Source: a bacterium
Lineage (GTDB): Bacteria > Electryoneota > JAOADG01
Length of the DNA: 64,000 nt
NCBI GenBank assembly: GCA_963681965.1
Contig: OY820579.1
Span: forward strand, 2,912,001-2,976,000
Direction: 5' to 3'
The first letter of the stretch is position 1. Every line of letters starts with the position of its first letter. The translations under genes were made by a program, and so were the position numbers. Shown here in pieces: positions 42,202 to 51,894 of this stretch. The notes below the pieces were generated by a model. That model saw only the letters and a program-made list of their open reading frames with translations. It did no database searches and was not told the origin of the DNA.

Positions 42202-42359
42202 AGCACCTGCTTTACACGCAGGGGGTCACTGGTTCGAGCCCGGTATCGCCCACACAAAACAGGAACATAATGTTCCTGTTTTTTTGTATTGATCATTCTA
42301 AATCTGACGAATGGGAGTCGAAACGTGTAGAAACCTCGACCAAAGCTAACAAACACAAT
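42202..42359 (+). repeat. 158-bp direct repeat, copy 2 (partial tRNA-Val lacking its 5' end; att-like)
   Basis: Matches 37635-37792 with 2 mismatches. Confidence 0.92.
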
Positions 42360-42784
42360 ACCCCGGAATCTTACTTATTTTTCAATTCCATATTGTCATT
42401 AGAATGATCACACGGTATATTATTATTAGATTTCATCAGATATTCAGTAATTTATTGTAAATTATTAATATTAATTGGTTTGAGGTTTTCTAAGTAACCA
42501 CATTAGCTGATGACACTGTGCGAGGAAGCGATGGTTACAATGGTTCCGATCAATCTTCTGAAGTTGACTCGCTGCTTCTCCAATCACGCATCTCGCGGTG
42601 TTTCAGATTCGTCAACGATGTTGTGTATTGCCTTTTCATGTTCAAATCACTATCTGCCAATTTAGAATTATCATCCAAGTTGGTTGGTGTTATTTTTTCT
42701 TTGAGATCGGTATTTTACCATTAGTTCTAACTTATCCCACTCTGTTCTATGATTCTGCTCGACTTTGATAACTGGGAGGCTATC

Positions 42785-44860
42785 ATGAAACGATTTTTGA
42801 GCATGTTTATTTTGATTGCAATGCTAACATCAGTGGCATTTGCGAATGGTGTTTTAGTCATCGATGGTAGGACTGGAATCTATCTCCGACTGGACAGTAC
42901 AGTCGTCAATGTAGATGTCCAAAGCCAAATCGCGATCACGACTACGACACAATATTATTATAATGCTGGCGCAAGTAACTTTGGAATATTTGCGTTTCCC
43001 TTGCCTGAGCAAGCGAGTGCGGTGCGCTTGCGTACAGGTGTTGCCGGAATCTGGGAAACGGCGCGGATCGATAGTGTTCGACAAGATACGACAATCCCTG
43101 GTGGAACGTCTCCAGCAAATTTAACTACCTATCTGGGACACACTCCCCTATTTTATACCTTACCTCAATATATTCGTCACGATTCGACCATTGCTGTCGA
43201 GCTGACGTATGTTGAACTGCTGCCCTATACCGATGGTAGTGTGAGTTATACTTATCCCAGCGACTATCATTTGATTCAATCGAGTGTAATACAACGCCAA
43301 CGATTTAATTTCAATATTACTTCACCTCGATCGATCGACAGCCTGCTGATGACGAGTTCCCATCCGACAGTGGAGATAACCAATAATGGGACGAGTGGAG
43401 TGATCCGTGTTAGTCTGGTAGAAACCGCGATCAACCAAAACTATGGCGTCAGATACCGTCTCAATGCGAATCAACTTGGTTTATTCGCATACAGTACCAG
43501 TCTTCCAACGGTACCGGATACGCTGGGAAATGGATTTCTCACGTTTATCGCTGAACCCGATCCATCGCAAAACACCCGTGCAATCTCCAAGGTATTCTCG
43601 TTGATTATCGATCGCTCTGGTAGTATGTCCGGCACGAAAATAACCCAAGCGAAAAATGCTGCAACGTTCATCGTAAACAATCTCAACGAAGGCGATCGCT
43701 TCAATCTAATCGATTTCGACGACGCAATCACTTGCTTTCGACCGCGTCATGTGATGTTTACCAATCAGTCGCGTGATTCGGCGTTGACGTATATCAATGG
43801 ATTGTATGCTCGAAACATGACGAGTATTTCCGGTGTTTTCGCGCAAGCCATTCCGCAATTCACTTTTGCGAACGATAGCACAGCGAATATCGTCATTTTC
43901 CTGACGGATGGTCAACCGACAGTCGGAATCACATCCCCAACGACACTCGTCACTTATGTCGATTCCTTGATCAGAGCAGCCGAAACCAATATCTGTTTGT
44001 TCAATTTTGGAATCGGATCCGATGTCAATCGTCAATTACTGGCTCAGATGTCGGCGCATAATCATGGTGTTGCCGAATTCCTTGGCAATGATGAATTGTA
44101 CGCCCGAATCACCAGTTTCTACACTACAATTCGCAATCCGGTGCTGCTCGATAGCCGCATTACATTTACTCCCCCAATTGTCAGCCAAGTCTATCCCGAT
44201 ACGCTGCCGAATTTGTATAAAGGCAAACAGATGATCATCTCGGGACGGTACAGTCAAGCGGCTAACGTTCTGATTACGTTAAGCGGTAATGCTTTTGGCA
44301 ATCCAGTTGCATATAATTACAACGTGCAATTGAATGAAGGTCAAATTGAAAGTAATCAGTTCCTCCCGAAAGTGTGGGCAAAGCGAAAAATCGAATCGTT
44401 GTTAGTGCGATATTATACGTTAAGTCCCACCTCATCGGCGGCGGTAGCACTACGTTCGCAGATCATTCTGATCAGTCAGCAGTATGGTGTGATCAGCCCA
44501 TTTACCAGTTTCTCGGGGAATCCGAATGATGTCGATGAGAATCCCGGAGAAGCGGTTACGGATGCAAAACATCCGGCATCGTTTGAACTTCTCGGTAACT
44601 ATCCGAATCCATTCAATCCGACAACAACGATCAAATTCCGGTTGAATATCAATTATCGGGGTATTGTCGATGTGCGGATTTACAATGTACTCGGACAACT
44701 GATTCGTACTTTGCATGTTCGTGTGAATGGACAAGGCGAATACGAAATCTTGTGGGATGGGTTAGCAGACAACAGTTTGTCGCTCTCCAACGGCACGTAC
44801 TTTTATGCGATCGATATCCAGAACACGATCTTGATGGGCAAGATGAACCTGTTGAAGTAA
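42785..44860 (+). CDS. VIT and vWA domain protein (inter-alpha-trypsin inhibitor-like) with T9SS/FlgD-type CTD
   Basis: FAFPLPEQAS, MIDAS DRSGSMSG, FLTDGQPTVG, FGIGSDVN, ISPFTSF, YPNPFNP; ATG 42785 with GGAGG RBS. Confidence 0.9.
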   Translation: MKRFLSMFILIAMLTSVAFANGVLVIDGRTGIYLRLDSTVVNVDVQSQIAITTTTQYYYNAGASNFGIFAFPLPEQASAVRLRTGVAGIWETARIDSVRQDTTIPGGTSPANLTTYLGHTPLFYTLPQYIRHDSTIAVELTYVELLPYTDGSVSYTYPSDYHLIQSSVIQRQRFNFNITSPRSIDSLLMTSSHPTVEITNNGTSGVIRVSLVETAINQNYGVRYRLNANQLGLFAYSTSLPTVPDTLGNGFLTFIAEPDPSQNTRAISKVFSLIIDRSGSMSGTKITQAKNAATFIVNNLNEGDRFNLIDFDDAITCFRPRHVMFTNQSRDSALTYINGLYARNMTSISGVFAQAIPQFTFANDSTANIVIFLTDGQPTVGITSPTTLVTYVDSLIRAAETNICLFNFGIGSDVNRQLLAQMSAHNHGVAEFLGNDELYARITSFYTTIRNPVLLDSRITFTPPIVSQVYPDTLPNLYKGKQMIISGRYSQAANVLITLSGNAFGNPVAYNYNVQLNEGQIESNQFLPKVWAKRKIESLLVRYYTLSPTSSAAVALRSQIILISQQYGVISPFTSFSGNPNDVDENPGEAVTDAKHPASFELLGNYPNPFNPTTTIKFRLNINYRGIVDVRIYNVLGQLIRTLHVRVNGQGEYEILWDGLADNSLSLSNGTYFYAIDIQNTILMGKMNLLK

Positions 44861-44880
44861 CAATTACGATTGGTTAAATC

Positions 44881-44912
44881 AAACGGGATGTCCACTGGAC
44901 ATCCCGTTTTTC
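44881..44912. terminator. Hairpin between convergent genes; stem shared with a palindrome family at 57479, 58820 and 58948
   Basis: AAACGGGATGTCC-ACT-GGACATCCCGTTTTT. Confidence 0.75.
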
Positions 44913-44933
44913 TTACTATGATTACTTGATCGG

Positions 44934-47078
44934 TTATTTTACGAGTACCAACTTCCTCATTTCAGTTTGTTTGCCCGCCGTTAACCGCGCCAGATAAGTA
45001 CCGGACGATAATTGCTTGCCATCGAATGTTACTCGATAGGTACCGGCATTTTGGTTGAAATCGACCAGATTTGCGACTTCACGCCCGGTCAAGTCGAATA
45101 ACTTGAGTTCGACTTTTTCGCGTTGCGGAATCGAGTAACGGATGGTGGTCGTTGCGTTAAATGGATTGGGATAGTTGGGTAACAATGAGAATTGAGTGGG
45201 CGCGAAAGCAGCGAAATCATCGTGCTGGATATCGGTATTGAGTGAAGAAAAAGAAAAAGTCAGAAAATCATAACCATCAGCGAGATAGATAATATTTCCG
45301 CTGACGAATACATCGCAAGCATTAGATTGAGTGTTGTAAAAACCGACCTCACTTGCCTGTTCTGGGTTACTGATGTTATAAACATATAATCCCGCATATC
45401 TTGCAGCAATAAATATATAATTTTCAGAGATTGCAGCATTCACAACTGCATCGGGAAAATTATACCTTCCAACTGAAAAAGGTGTGCTGGGGTCAGCGAT
45501 GTTTATAATATTCAAACCCCCGAAATAATCAGAAACATATGCGTAATTGCCGTTAACAATCACAGCTACAGCCTGTCCAGGTGTATCAAACCTTCCTACT
45601 CGAGTAGGATTCTCAGGATTTGAAATGTTTAAAATTATTAAGCCTGAATCGCGATCTGCCACATATGCAAAATTATCTACAACGTCTACATCGTATGCTG
45701 CGAATGTGTCAAAATGTCCTACTAGCTGAGGTAAAGATGGCACTGAAGTATTAATTATTCGAAGACCATCGGTGCTATCTGCAATATAAGTGTAATCGCC
45801 TACAACCTTAAGATTCATTGCAACGTCAGGAGTTTGGTATCGAGCAATTTCTGTTTGACTCAATGGATTGGAGATATCCATTATTCGAACACCTGACCGA
45901 TAATCAGCAACGATTGCATAATGATCGGAAATCTCACAGCTCATTGCACCAGTCGGTGGAACTGAATTATGGACAAACACTGGACTAGCAGGATTAGTTA
46001 CATTGTAGATGTTCAATCCACCCCAGAGATTCGATAAATACGCATAATTCCCTGAAACATTTACTGAATGATTCCAGCCATTAATGGTACTCGTAGTCGA
46101 AAGAACACTTAGACCATTTGGACTAGCAGCTCTTCCCCAATTAAGAATCAAAAAATCCGAACCATCTGATAGATAAATGATGCTGTCTCTGACAGCTATA
46201 TTACATGCGATATTCGGAGTATCGTAATGTGCAACAAGTGTAGCATTTTCTGGATGAGTTACGTTATAGATGTATAAACCTGCGTATTTTGCTGCGACAA
46301 ACGCATAATTACCGTAAAGTTGGATATGCACAACAGCGTCAGACATTGGATATTGTCTTACTAAAAATGGTGATCCAGGATTCGAGATATCGATAATACT
46401 AAAACCACCAGTAAAATCCGAAACATACGCATAATGACAATTGACCACGACTGCAACGGCATATCCCACAGTATTATAAACACCAGTTTGAGTGGGATTC
46501 TCAATATCAGAAATATCAATTATTTTGAGACCCTGATCGCGATCGGCAATATAAGCGAAATCGCCTTGGACTTGAACATCATAAGCAGCAAATGTATCAA
46601 AATGACCTAACAACTGCGGACTAGATGGATTTGTAATATCCAGAACTCGAAAACCATCAGTACTGTCAGCAATGTATAATCTGTCACCGATGACTCGTGC
46701 ATTCATCGCTACATCAGGAGTCTGGTAACGTGTAATCTCGACCGGTTGAGCAGGATTCGAAATGTTGATGAATCGCATTCCCGAGCGATAATCGCATACG
46801 TAAGCAATACTATCAACAACTTCGCAACTCATCGCACCTGTTGGGGTATTGCATACTCCTAACAATTGTGGACTAGCTGGGTTGGTAATATCATAAATGC
46901 TTACCCCTCCCCACAAATTGCACAGATATGCACGATTTCCTGTAATATTGACGCCTCGGTTCCATCCCGAACCAATGTAAGTAGACCAAAGTTGAGTGAT
47001 ACCGGTACTAGGTTGCGAGTAGCAAATTGACGACGTAAGAATGAGAAATGAGAGGGCAATAAATCGCACGGTTTTCAT
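44934..47078 (-). CDS. LVIVD-repeat beta-propeller protein (two duplicated halves) with T9SS-type CTD
   Basis: Repeated (Y/F)AY(V/I)AD...GLxI(I/L)(D/N)ISNPxxP; signal peptide; YPNPFN. Confidence 0.9.
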   Translation of the reverse strand: MKTVRFIALSFLILTSSICYSQPSTGITQLWSTYIGSGWNRGVNITGNRAYLCNLWGGVSIYDITNPASPQLLGVCNTPTGAMSCEVVDSIAYVCDYRSGMRFINISNPAQPVEITRYQTPDVAMNARVIGDRLYIADSTDGFRVLDITNPSSPQLLGHFDTFAAYDVQVQGDFAYIADRDQGLKIIDISDIENPTQTGVYNTVGYAVAVVVNCHYAYVSDFTGGFSIIDISNPGSPFLVRQYPMSDAVVHIQLYGNYAFVAAKYAGLYIYNVTHPENATLVAHYDTPNIACNIAVRDSIIYLSDGSDFLILNWGRAASPNGLSVLSTTSTINGWNHSVNVSGNYAYLSNLWGGLNIYNVTNPASPVFVHNSVPPTGAMSCEISDHYAIVADYRSGVRIMDISNPLSQTEIARYQTPDVAMNLKVVGDYTYIADSTDGLRIINTSVPSLPQLVGHFDTFAAYDVDVVDNFAYVADRDSGLIILNISNPENPTRVGRFDTPGQAVAVIVNGNYAYVSDYFGGLNIINIADPSTPFSVGRYNFPDAVVNAAISENYIFIAARYAGLYVYNISNPEQASEVGFYNTQSNACDVFVSGNIIYLADGYDFLTFSFSSLNTDIQHDDFAAFAPTQFSLLPNYPNPFNATTTIRYSIPQREKVELKLFDLTGREVANLVDFNQNAGTYRVTFDGKQLSSGTYLARLTAGKQTEMRKLVLVK

Positions 47079-47277
47079 AGCTTCTCCTTGATTATTTGAT
47101 TAATATTAACATCAACACAATTTCAAGAAGAATCAAGCAATTTATCTTGAGATGACAAAAAAGAATTTAAAAAGTACAATACATGAATTACAAAATTAAT
47201 TATAACTATTTATTATTTAATAGCTACGGTATAAATCACAAATGAATCCTCTTAGAGACTATCTATTTATTTCGGCA

Positions 47278-47829
47278 TTACTTTGATGCACTAACATAAA
47301 ACCGTATTGGTTTAATTTTCATATATTTCGAGCGATTTTGTCGGGCAAAGCGTTCGATTGAAAAGCTCTTAAAACCTGCTTTTTCTAACAACCATTCCAA
47401 ATCTGTTTTAATAAATTCATGGAAATGAGCGCGATACTTTCGTTCAATTAGATGTTCAATTTTGTGATAAGCACAATAACTATCTGGCGTTGTGATATAA
47501 AGACTGCCATTTGGTTTAAGTACACGATGAATTTCACGCATAAAAAACAAAGGATTCATTAGATGTTCAATCAATTCGAAATTTGTTACCACATCGATAC
47601 TGTTATCCTCAAAAGGTAACGGTTCCATGTCTAAGTCAATATCTAATACTAGAGGGTGAATCTGAAATTGTTCCTCGAGTAAATCCCGTAGCTTATTTGT
47701 TCCAGATCCAGCATCGTACCATTTTCCAGAAATCTTAACTTTATCTTTCAAGAAAAAATACTTGTCATCTCCTGCCACTGTTTCGTGACAACCACGTTCC
47801 TCGTGGTACAATGTTCGGAACAATTTCAT
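47278..47829 (-). CDS. Class I SAM-dependent methyltransferase
   Basis: DAGSGT, LPFEDNSIDVV...IEHL...EIHRVLKPNG; AT-rich. Confidence 0.85.
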   Translation of the reverse strand: MKLFRTLYHEERGCHETVAGDDKYFFLKDKVKISGKWYDAGSGTNKLRDLLEEQFQIHPLVLDIDLDMEPLPFEDNSIDVVTNFELIEHLMNPLFFMREIHRVLKPNGSLYITTPDSYCAYHKIEHLIERKYRAHFHEFIKTDLEWLLEKAGFKSFSIERFARQNRSKYMKIKPIRFYVSASK

Positions 47830-47879
47830 TTTCTTTCCTCAGATAAGTCTTGGATTCTACTTTTAATAAATCAATCTAG

Positions 47880-48518
47880 TTAAGAATGTTCACCAACGAC
47901 AAAGTCCATCGTTGCAACGCGGTACTTCAATCGTCGGGCTAACGACGCGATATTCTGGGCATACATAAAGTCGTGACCCCACTTCTCCTGCCATTCCGCG
48001 CTTGCTACCAGTTTGGCATTCACCACAAAATTCAACGAATCGACTTCAGGATAACGTGGCGCATCGGCTAGATTTCGGGGAATGATCGAATTTCCTTTCA
48101 TTCCGAACAATCGCTCATTCCGATGGACATCCTTCACATTGGCAAATAAAATGCCGGTATCGTCCGACAACGCTTGTTCCAAAGCCGAAAATGCTCCCGG
48201 ATAATATACATTATCGTGATCGAAAAACCAGACCCACCCTTGTTCAATCTTCTCAATGGCGCGATTGCGTTGATAAATACCCCACACTGCCGTGCGCGGG
48301 GAAGAATAAACCTCTAGAGTGTACCAGTCAGGTGGTTTCGCGATTGTGAACTGCGGATCGGCATCGCCATCAAACACAACGATATGTCGCACCTGAAAAT
48401 GATGGTTTTGTTGCTGGATGATCGACTCTATTCCACGTTTCAGAACACCGTGAAATCGCGGGTAGTTGTAAGTAGGAGTGACAATATTCAGTAGCGTCTT
48501 CGTCACGAGTGGTATCAT
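47880..48518 (-). CDS. Glycosyltransferase family 2 (GT-A)
   Basis: IVTPTYN, IVVFDG, RNRAIE, WVWFFDHDN (DxD). Confidence 0.8.
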   Translation of the reverse strand: MIPLVTKTLLNIVTPTYNYPRFHGVLKRGIESIIQQQNHHFQVRHIVVFDGDADPQFTIAKPPDWYTLEVYSSPRTAVWGIYQRNRAIEKIEQGWVWFFDHDNVYYPGAFSALEQALSDDTGILFANVKDVHRNERLFGMKGNSIIPRNLADAPRYPEVDSLNFVVNAKLVASAEWQEKWGHDFMYAQNIASLARRLKYRVATMDFVVGEHS

Positions 48519-49192
48519 CCTCGCGGCAGTTCGGGATAATTCCCGATGGTGGTTAGTACTTGAAAATTCTCGAAGCCGTAATGACGACTAAAGTAGGTCA
48601 GATTTTCTTCGAACATGAAATCGGCGGTGGGACGTCGTTGAAAGTCGACCAGATGCGAAAGTGCACCATTCCACAAAAATCCAAAGATCGAATGTTGCGG
48701 TACTCCTCCCCACTGATCGGACCGATAATCGGGATCGTCGCCAGCGGCTGAATTAACTTGAAAGCGCAGCGTTCCAGCGCTTGCTCTAAGCTGATTTCGA
48801 ATACCCGAGAATGCCTGTTCATTGAATTCACATCCGGCAGGAACGATCATCACCCAACCGCTAGTAAGCGTATGGATAGCGGCATTACGCAACGCAGTTT
48901 CATCTCGTGCTGTTCCCGGTACAATCAGCCACGATTGCCGGTACCATTCAGGCAATTGAGCGGGTTGCGACAATTTCACTTCACCGGAAGCGACCAGAAG
49001 ATGTCGAACCTGAAACGGATGATTCGTCTGTGATACAATACTCTCAATCGTTTGCGAGACTCGCTTGACCGATTCATCATCCGGAATAACAGGAGTGATC
49101 AGCGTCAGTTCGTTGCCGATAACTCCCGATAATCGCTTCAATATCGTCCGGATTCGCCACCAATAATACACCCTCATTCTTCGATTTATCAT
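48515..49192 (-). CDS. Divergent GT2-like protein lacking the DxD motif
   Basis: Paralogous to the neighbour (IESIVSQTNHPFQVRHLLV vs IESIIQQQNHHFQVRHIVV) but WVMIVPAG replaces WVWFFDHD. Confidence 0.6.
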   Translation of the reverse strand: MINRRMRVYYWWRIRTILKRLSGVIGNELTLITPVIPDDESVKRVSQTIESIVSQTNHPFQVRHLLVASGEVKLSQPAQLPEWYRQSWLIVPGTARDETALRNAAIHTLTSGWVMIVPAGCEFNEQAFSGIRNQLRASAGTLRFQVNSAAGDDPDYRSDQWGGVPQHSIFGFLWNGALSHLVDFQRRPTADFMFEENLTYFSRHYGFENFQVLTTIGNYPELPRG

Positions 49193-49268
49193 GGTTGCCA
49201 GCGAATCCTACGTTATTCGATGTCTTAAATATACTGTCCTAACAGGTTGAATGCTTCACGAAATCCAG

Positions 49269-51773
49269 TTATTTAGAGAACGTACCGATCACAATCAGTG
49301 CCAGCAACGACAATCCGATAATGAGTGCGGTAAACCCGACACAGTACATTAGCACGCGCTTCCAAGTCGGAATCGGCAGTACTTTGATCTCGTCGATCTT
49401 CCCTTCCTGCACTAACCGATCGTACCAGAGCGGTCGTTCTTCCTTCAAATATTGTTCGCTGACACTACCGGTAAAAATCACTTCGTCTAGCGGGAAGTTC
49501 TCGCTGCGCAAGTGCTCGTTGAAAAAGTGAATCGTAAAGATAAAGCCTGTTGCAAGCAATGCCTCTTCCGAGTGGATGATATGCGCCGCATTGACGATCC
49601 AACCAGGCAACAACCGGGTAAAGAATTCCGGGAACCAAAGCGTTAAACCGGAAGCACCAATTGCAGCCACACCCCAGAATACCGCGAGATAATCAAACTT
49701 CTCCCAATAAGTGAAGCGATCAAATTTGGGTTTCTTGGCAATATGGAAGAAATATCCAATATGCTGGAAGAAATCAATCGCATCCTTCGGCTGCGGCACC
49801 ATACTGTCGGGACCCCACAGCATTTTCTTGAGCGGGAGTTGCCGTTTCGCAAATCGATAGGTCAAATTTCCCAAGTGCAGTGCAAAGTACATGAACGTTA
49901 ACACTGCCGCGACGCGATGCATCAATGCCATCGTATCGAGTCCGAGGAAATTGTGTGCAATCCAGTACGCCAGTGCTGTATGGCTGTATTTAAGCGGTAA
50001 CCCGGTCATCGCCAGTGTTAAAAAGCTTACAATGACGATGCCGTGAACCACCCGGTCGTATACGCCAAACCGGCGATAACGGAATTCGCCATGCCACCGT
50101 TTGTGCGGTCCGTGACGAACCCGATCGATCATTTGTCGACCGATCCAAGCGAGTGTATGGATACCAAAAATCGCCAGTGTGATGAGCAATAACCACTTCA
50201 TCATAAAGTGGATCGCATCCAATACCGGGTGCCCCGATGGTGCCATTGGATCGTAATGTTGCAATTGCGCAACGAAATTGGCATTCGCGTTCTTATGGCA
50301 TTTGGCACAGGTTTGGACGATGCGTTGCCGTGAAATCGAAGAGGCAGGATTGTCTTTCGGCAAAATCAGATGGTGATCGTGACAGGAAATACAGGTAGCA
50401 AATTGCTCGCCCTGATATCCCAATGAATATGCTTTGCCGTGATAAGTATTCAGATATCCTGCTACGACGTTCGGATTGATTTGAAAACGCATCGTGACTT
50501 CACGATTCGCGTGACACGATCCGCAGAGTGAGATTAATGTTTGCCCGGTAAAGCGACTACTGATGCGTTCGATTTTTCGTTCGCCGTGACACGTGATACA
50601 GGTCGGGGCTTCGGAATGTCCTTTGGCAAAAGCGATCCCGTGGGCACTCCGTTCGTAATCTTTGAATTCTTTGACATGGCAGTTCGTGCACGTCAATTTC
50701 AACTTGGCTTCGGCACGTTTCTTCGGATCGGGAAGTTTAAAGTGGTACACATGACATTCGGTACAATTTGCTTGACCACCGGTGGCATTCACCATCATTG
50801 CCTTGCCGTGTGCAGTATTATTCTCCATCCGGTGACGTTCGTCGGCATGACACGTTAAACAGGTGCCGGGGATCGTCGGTTTAACGATACCAGTACCACT
50901 CTTCCCCATCTCCGTTGAATGACCGGTATGGCAGGCGGCACAAGTCATTACTTTTGCATCGACACCACTCTTGCGGTGAACGGTCTGCTCGTAACCCGTG
51001 TGACAGTTGCTGCAGGTCTGATCCATACGATCGATATGAACTTTCGAACGCGTATCTTTTACTGCAAATATTTCATGATTGCCATGGCAATCGATACAGA
51101 TCGGTGCTTTGGAATTACCCTTTTTCACCTGATCGAAGTGATGCGATGTTAGATAATTCTTCGATTGCGGTTGATGGCAGGTATTGCATCGATCGACGAT
51201 TTTCAGTCGCCAATCGGCTGGAAGCATGTTTCCGCGTTCGTTTTTGTCGTGAGCATCGTGGCAGCTTGTGCAGGATACGACAGCCTTCCCGGATTTGGCA
51301 TTGCCATGAATTGAAGAATTGAATTTCTTGACTTCCAATGCGTGGCACACACCGCATACTTTGCGGGTATCCGGTTGTTTGTTGATTTCGTGGGTACCGT
51401 GGCACTGCTTGCAATCGGGGATATTGGTAAAACCGCGTTGTTTTAAATGATCGGCAAATCCCGCCATAAATTTCTTCGAGGCGTCGGCATGGCAATCCCC
51501 GCAATTTACCGGTTTGTATGGTTTAAAATGCGGAACATCATCGAAATTACCAGTTCCGTGACAATCGGTACAGGACTGAGAACGATGCATCGACGAATCG
51601 AAGCCAGTTTGAAATACTCCGACATTGCGATTGTCGGCGCTTTTCAAAGTGGTGTCGGAATGGCATTGAAAACAGTTCGAATTATCCGACCAATTCGTCT
51701 CGGCGGCGTAGTTTAGCATCGGTAAACTACCGAATATCAATAGCGCGAGTAAGAAAACAGAGTAGCGTTTCAT
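49269..51773 (-). CDS. Multihaem cytochrome c (17 CxxCH) fused to a C-terminal cytochrome b (FdnI/HydC-type) domain, CbcL-like
   Basis: Signal peptide from ATG 51773; 17 CxxCH counted; membrane domain RVVHG...LAMTGLP...HRVAA...FTYWEKFDYLAVFWG...IIHSEEALLA..FIFTIHFF. Confidence 0.9.
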   Translation of the reverse strand: MKRYSVFLLALLIFGSLPMLNYAAETNWSDNSNCFQCHSDTTLKSADNRNVGVFQTGFDSSMHRSQSCTDCHGTGNFDDVPHFKPYKPVNCGDCHADASKKFMAGFADHLKQRGFTNIPDCKQCHGTHEINKQPDTRKVCGVCHALEVKKFNSSIHGNAKSGKAVVSCTSCHDAHDKNERGNMLPADWRLKIVDRCNTCHQPQSKNYLTSHHFDQVKKGNSKAPICIDCHGNHEIFAVKDTRSKVHIDRMDQTCSNCHTGYEQTVHRKSGVDAKVMTCAACHTGHSTEMGKSGTGIVKPTIPGTCLTCHADERHRMENNTAHGKAMMVNATGGQANCTECHVYHFKLPDPKKRAEAKLKLTCTNCHVKEFKDYERSAHGIAFAKGHSEAPTCITCHGERKIERISSRFTGQTLISLCGSCHANREVTMRFQINPNVVAGYLNTYHGKAYSLGYQGEQFATCISCHDHHLILPKDNPASSISRQRIVQTCAKCHKNANANFVAQLQHYDPMAPSGHPVLDAIHFMMKWLLLITLAIFGIHTLAWIGRQMIDRVRHGPHKRWHGEFRYRRFGVYDRVVHGIVIVSFLTLAMTGLPLKYSHTALAYWIAHNFLGLDTMALMHRVAAVLTFMYFALHLGNLTYRFAKRQLPLKKMLWGPDSMVPQPKDAIDFFQHIGYFFHIAKKPKFDRFTYWEKFDYLAVFWGVAAIGASGLTLWFPEFFTRLLPGWIVNAAHIIHSEEALLATGFIFTIHFFNEHLRSENFPLDEVIFTGSVSEQYLKEERPLWYDRLVQEGKIDEIKVLPIPTWKRVLMYCVGFTALIIGLSLLALIVIGTFSK

Positions 51774-51894
51774 GGGAAATTTTCCACAATCTTTCGATGA
51801 ATAACTCGCGAATATATCTATAGAACGCTTTTCTAACAAATCCAATCCGAATCAACTTTAATTTTTTGGTTCTACTATGCTCCGATCGGATTGA

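Larger units (their letters stand above)
37635..42359. mobile_element. Degraded integrase-less genomic island at tRNA-Val (~4.6 kb)
   Basis: Bounded by direct repeats of the tRNA 3' end; contains an IS3 element, a truncated gene and an SBBP-repeat gene. Confidence 0.7.

Noticed and set aside
42202-42252. Second tRNA-Val gene
   Set aside because: It lacks the 5' acceptor strand and most of the D-arm, so it is an att-type partial duplication.
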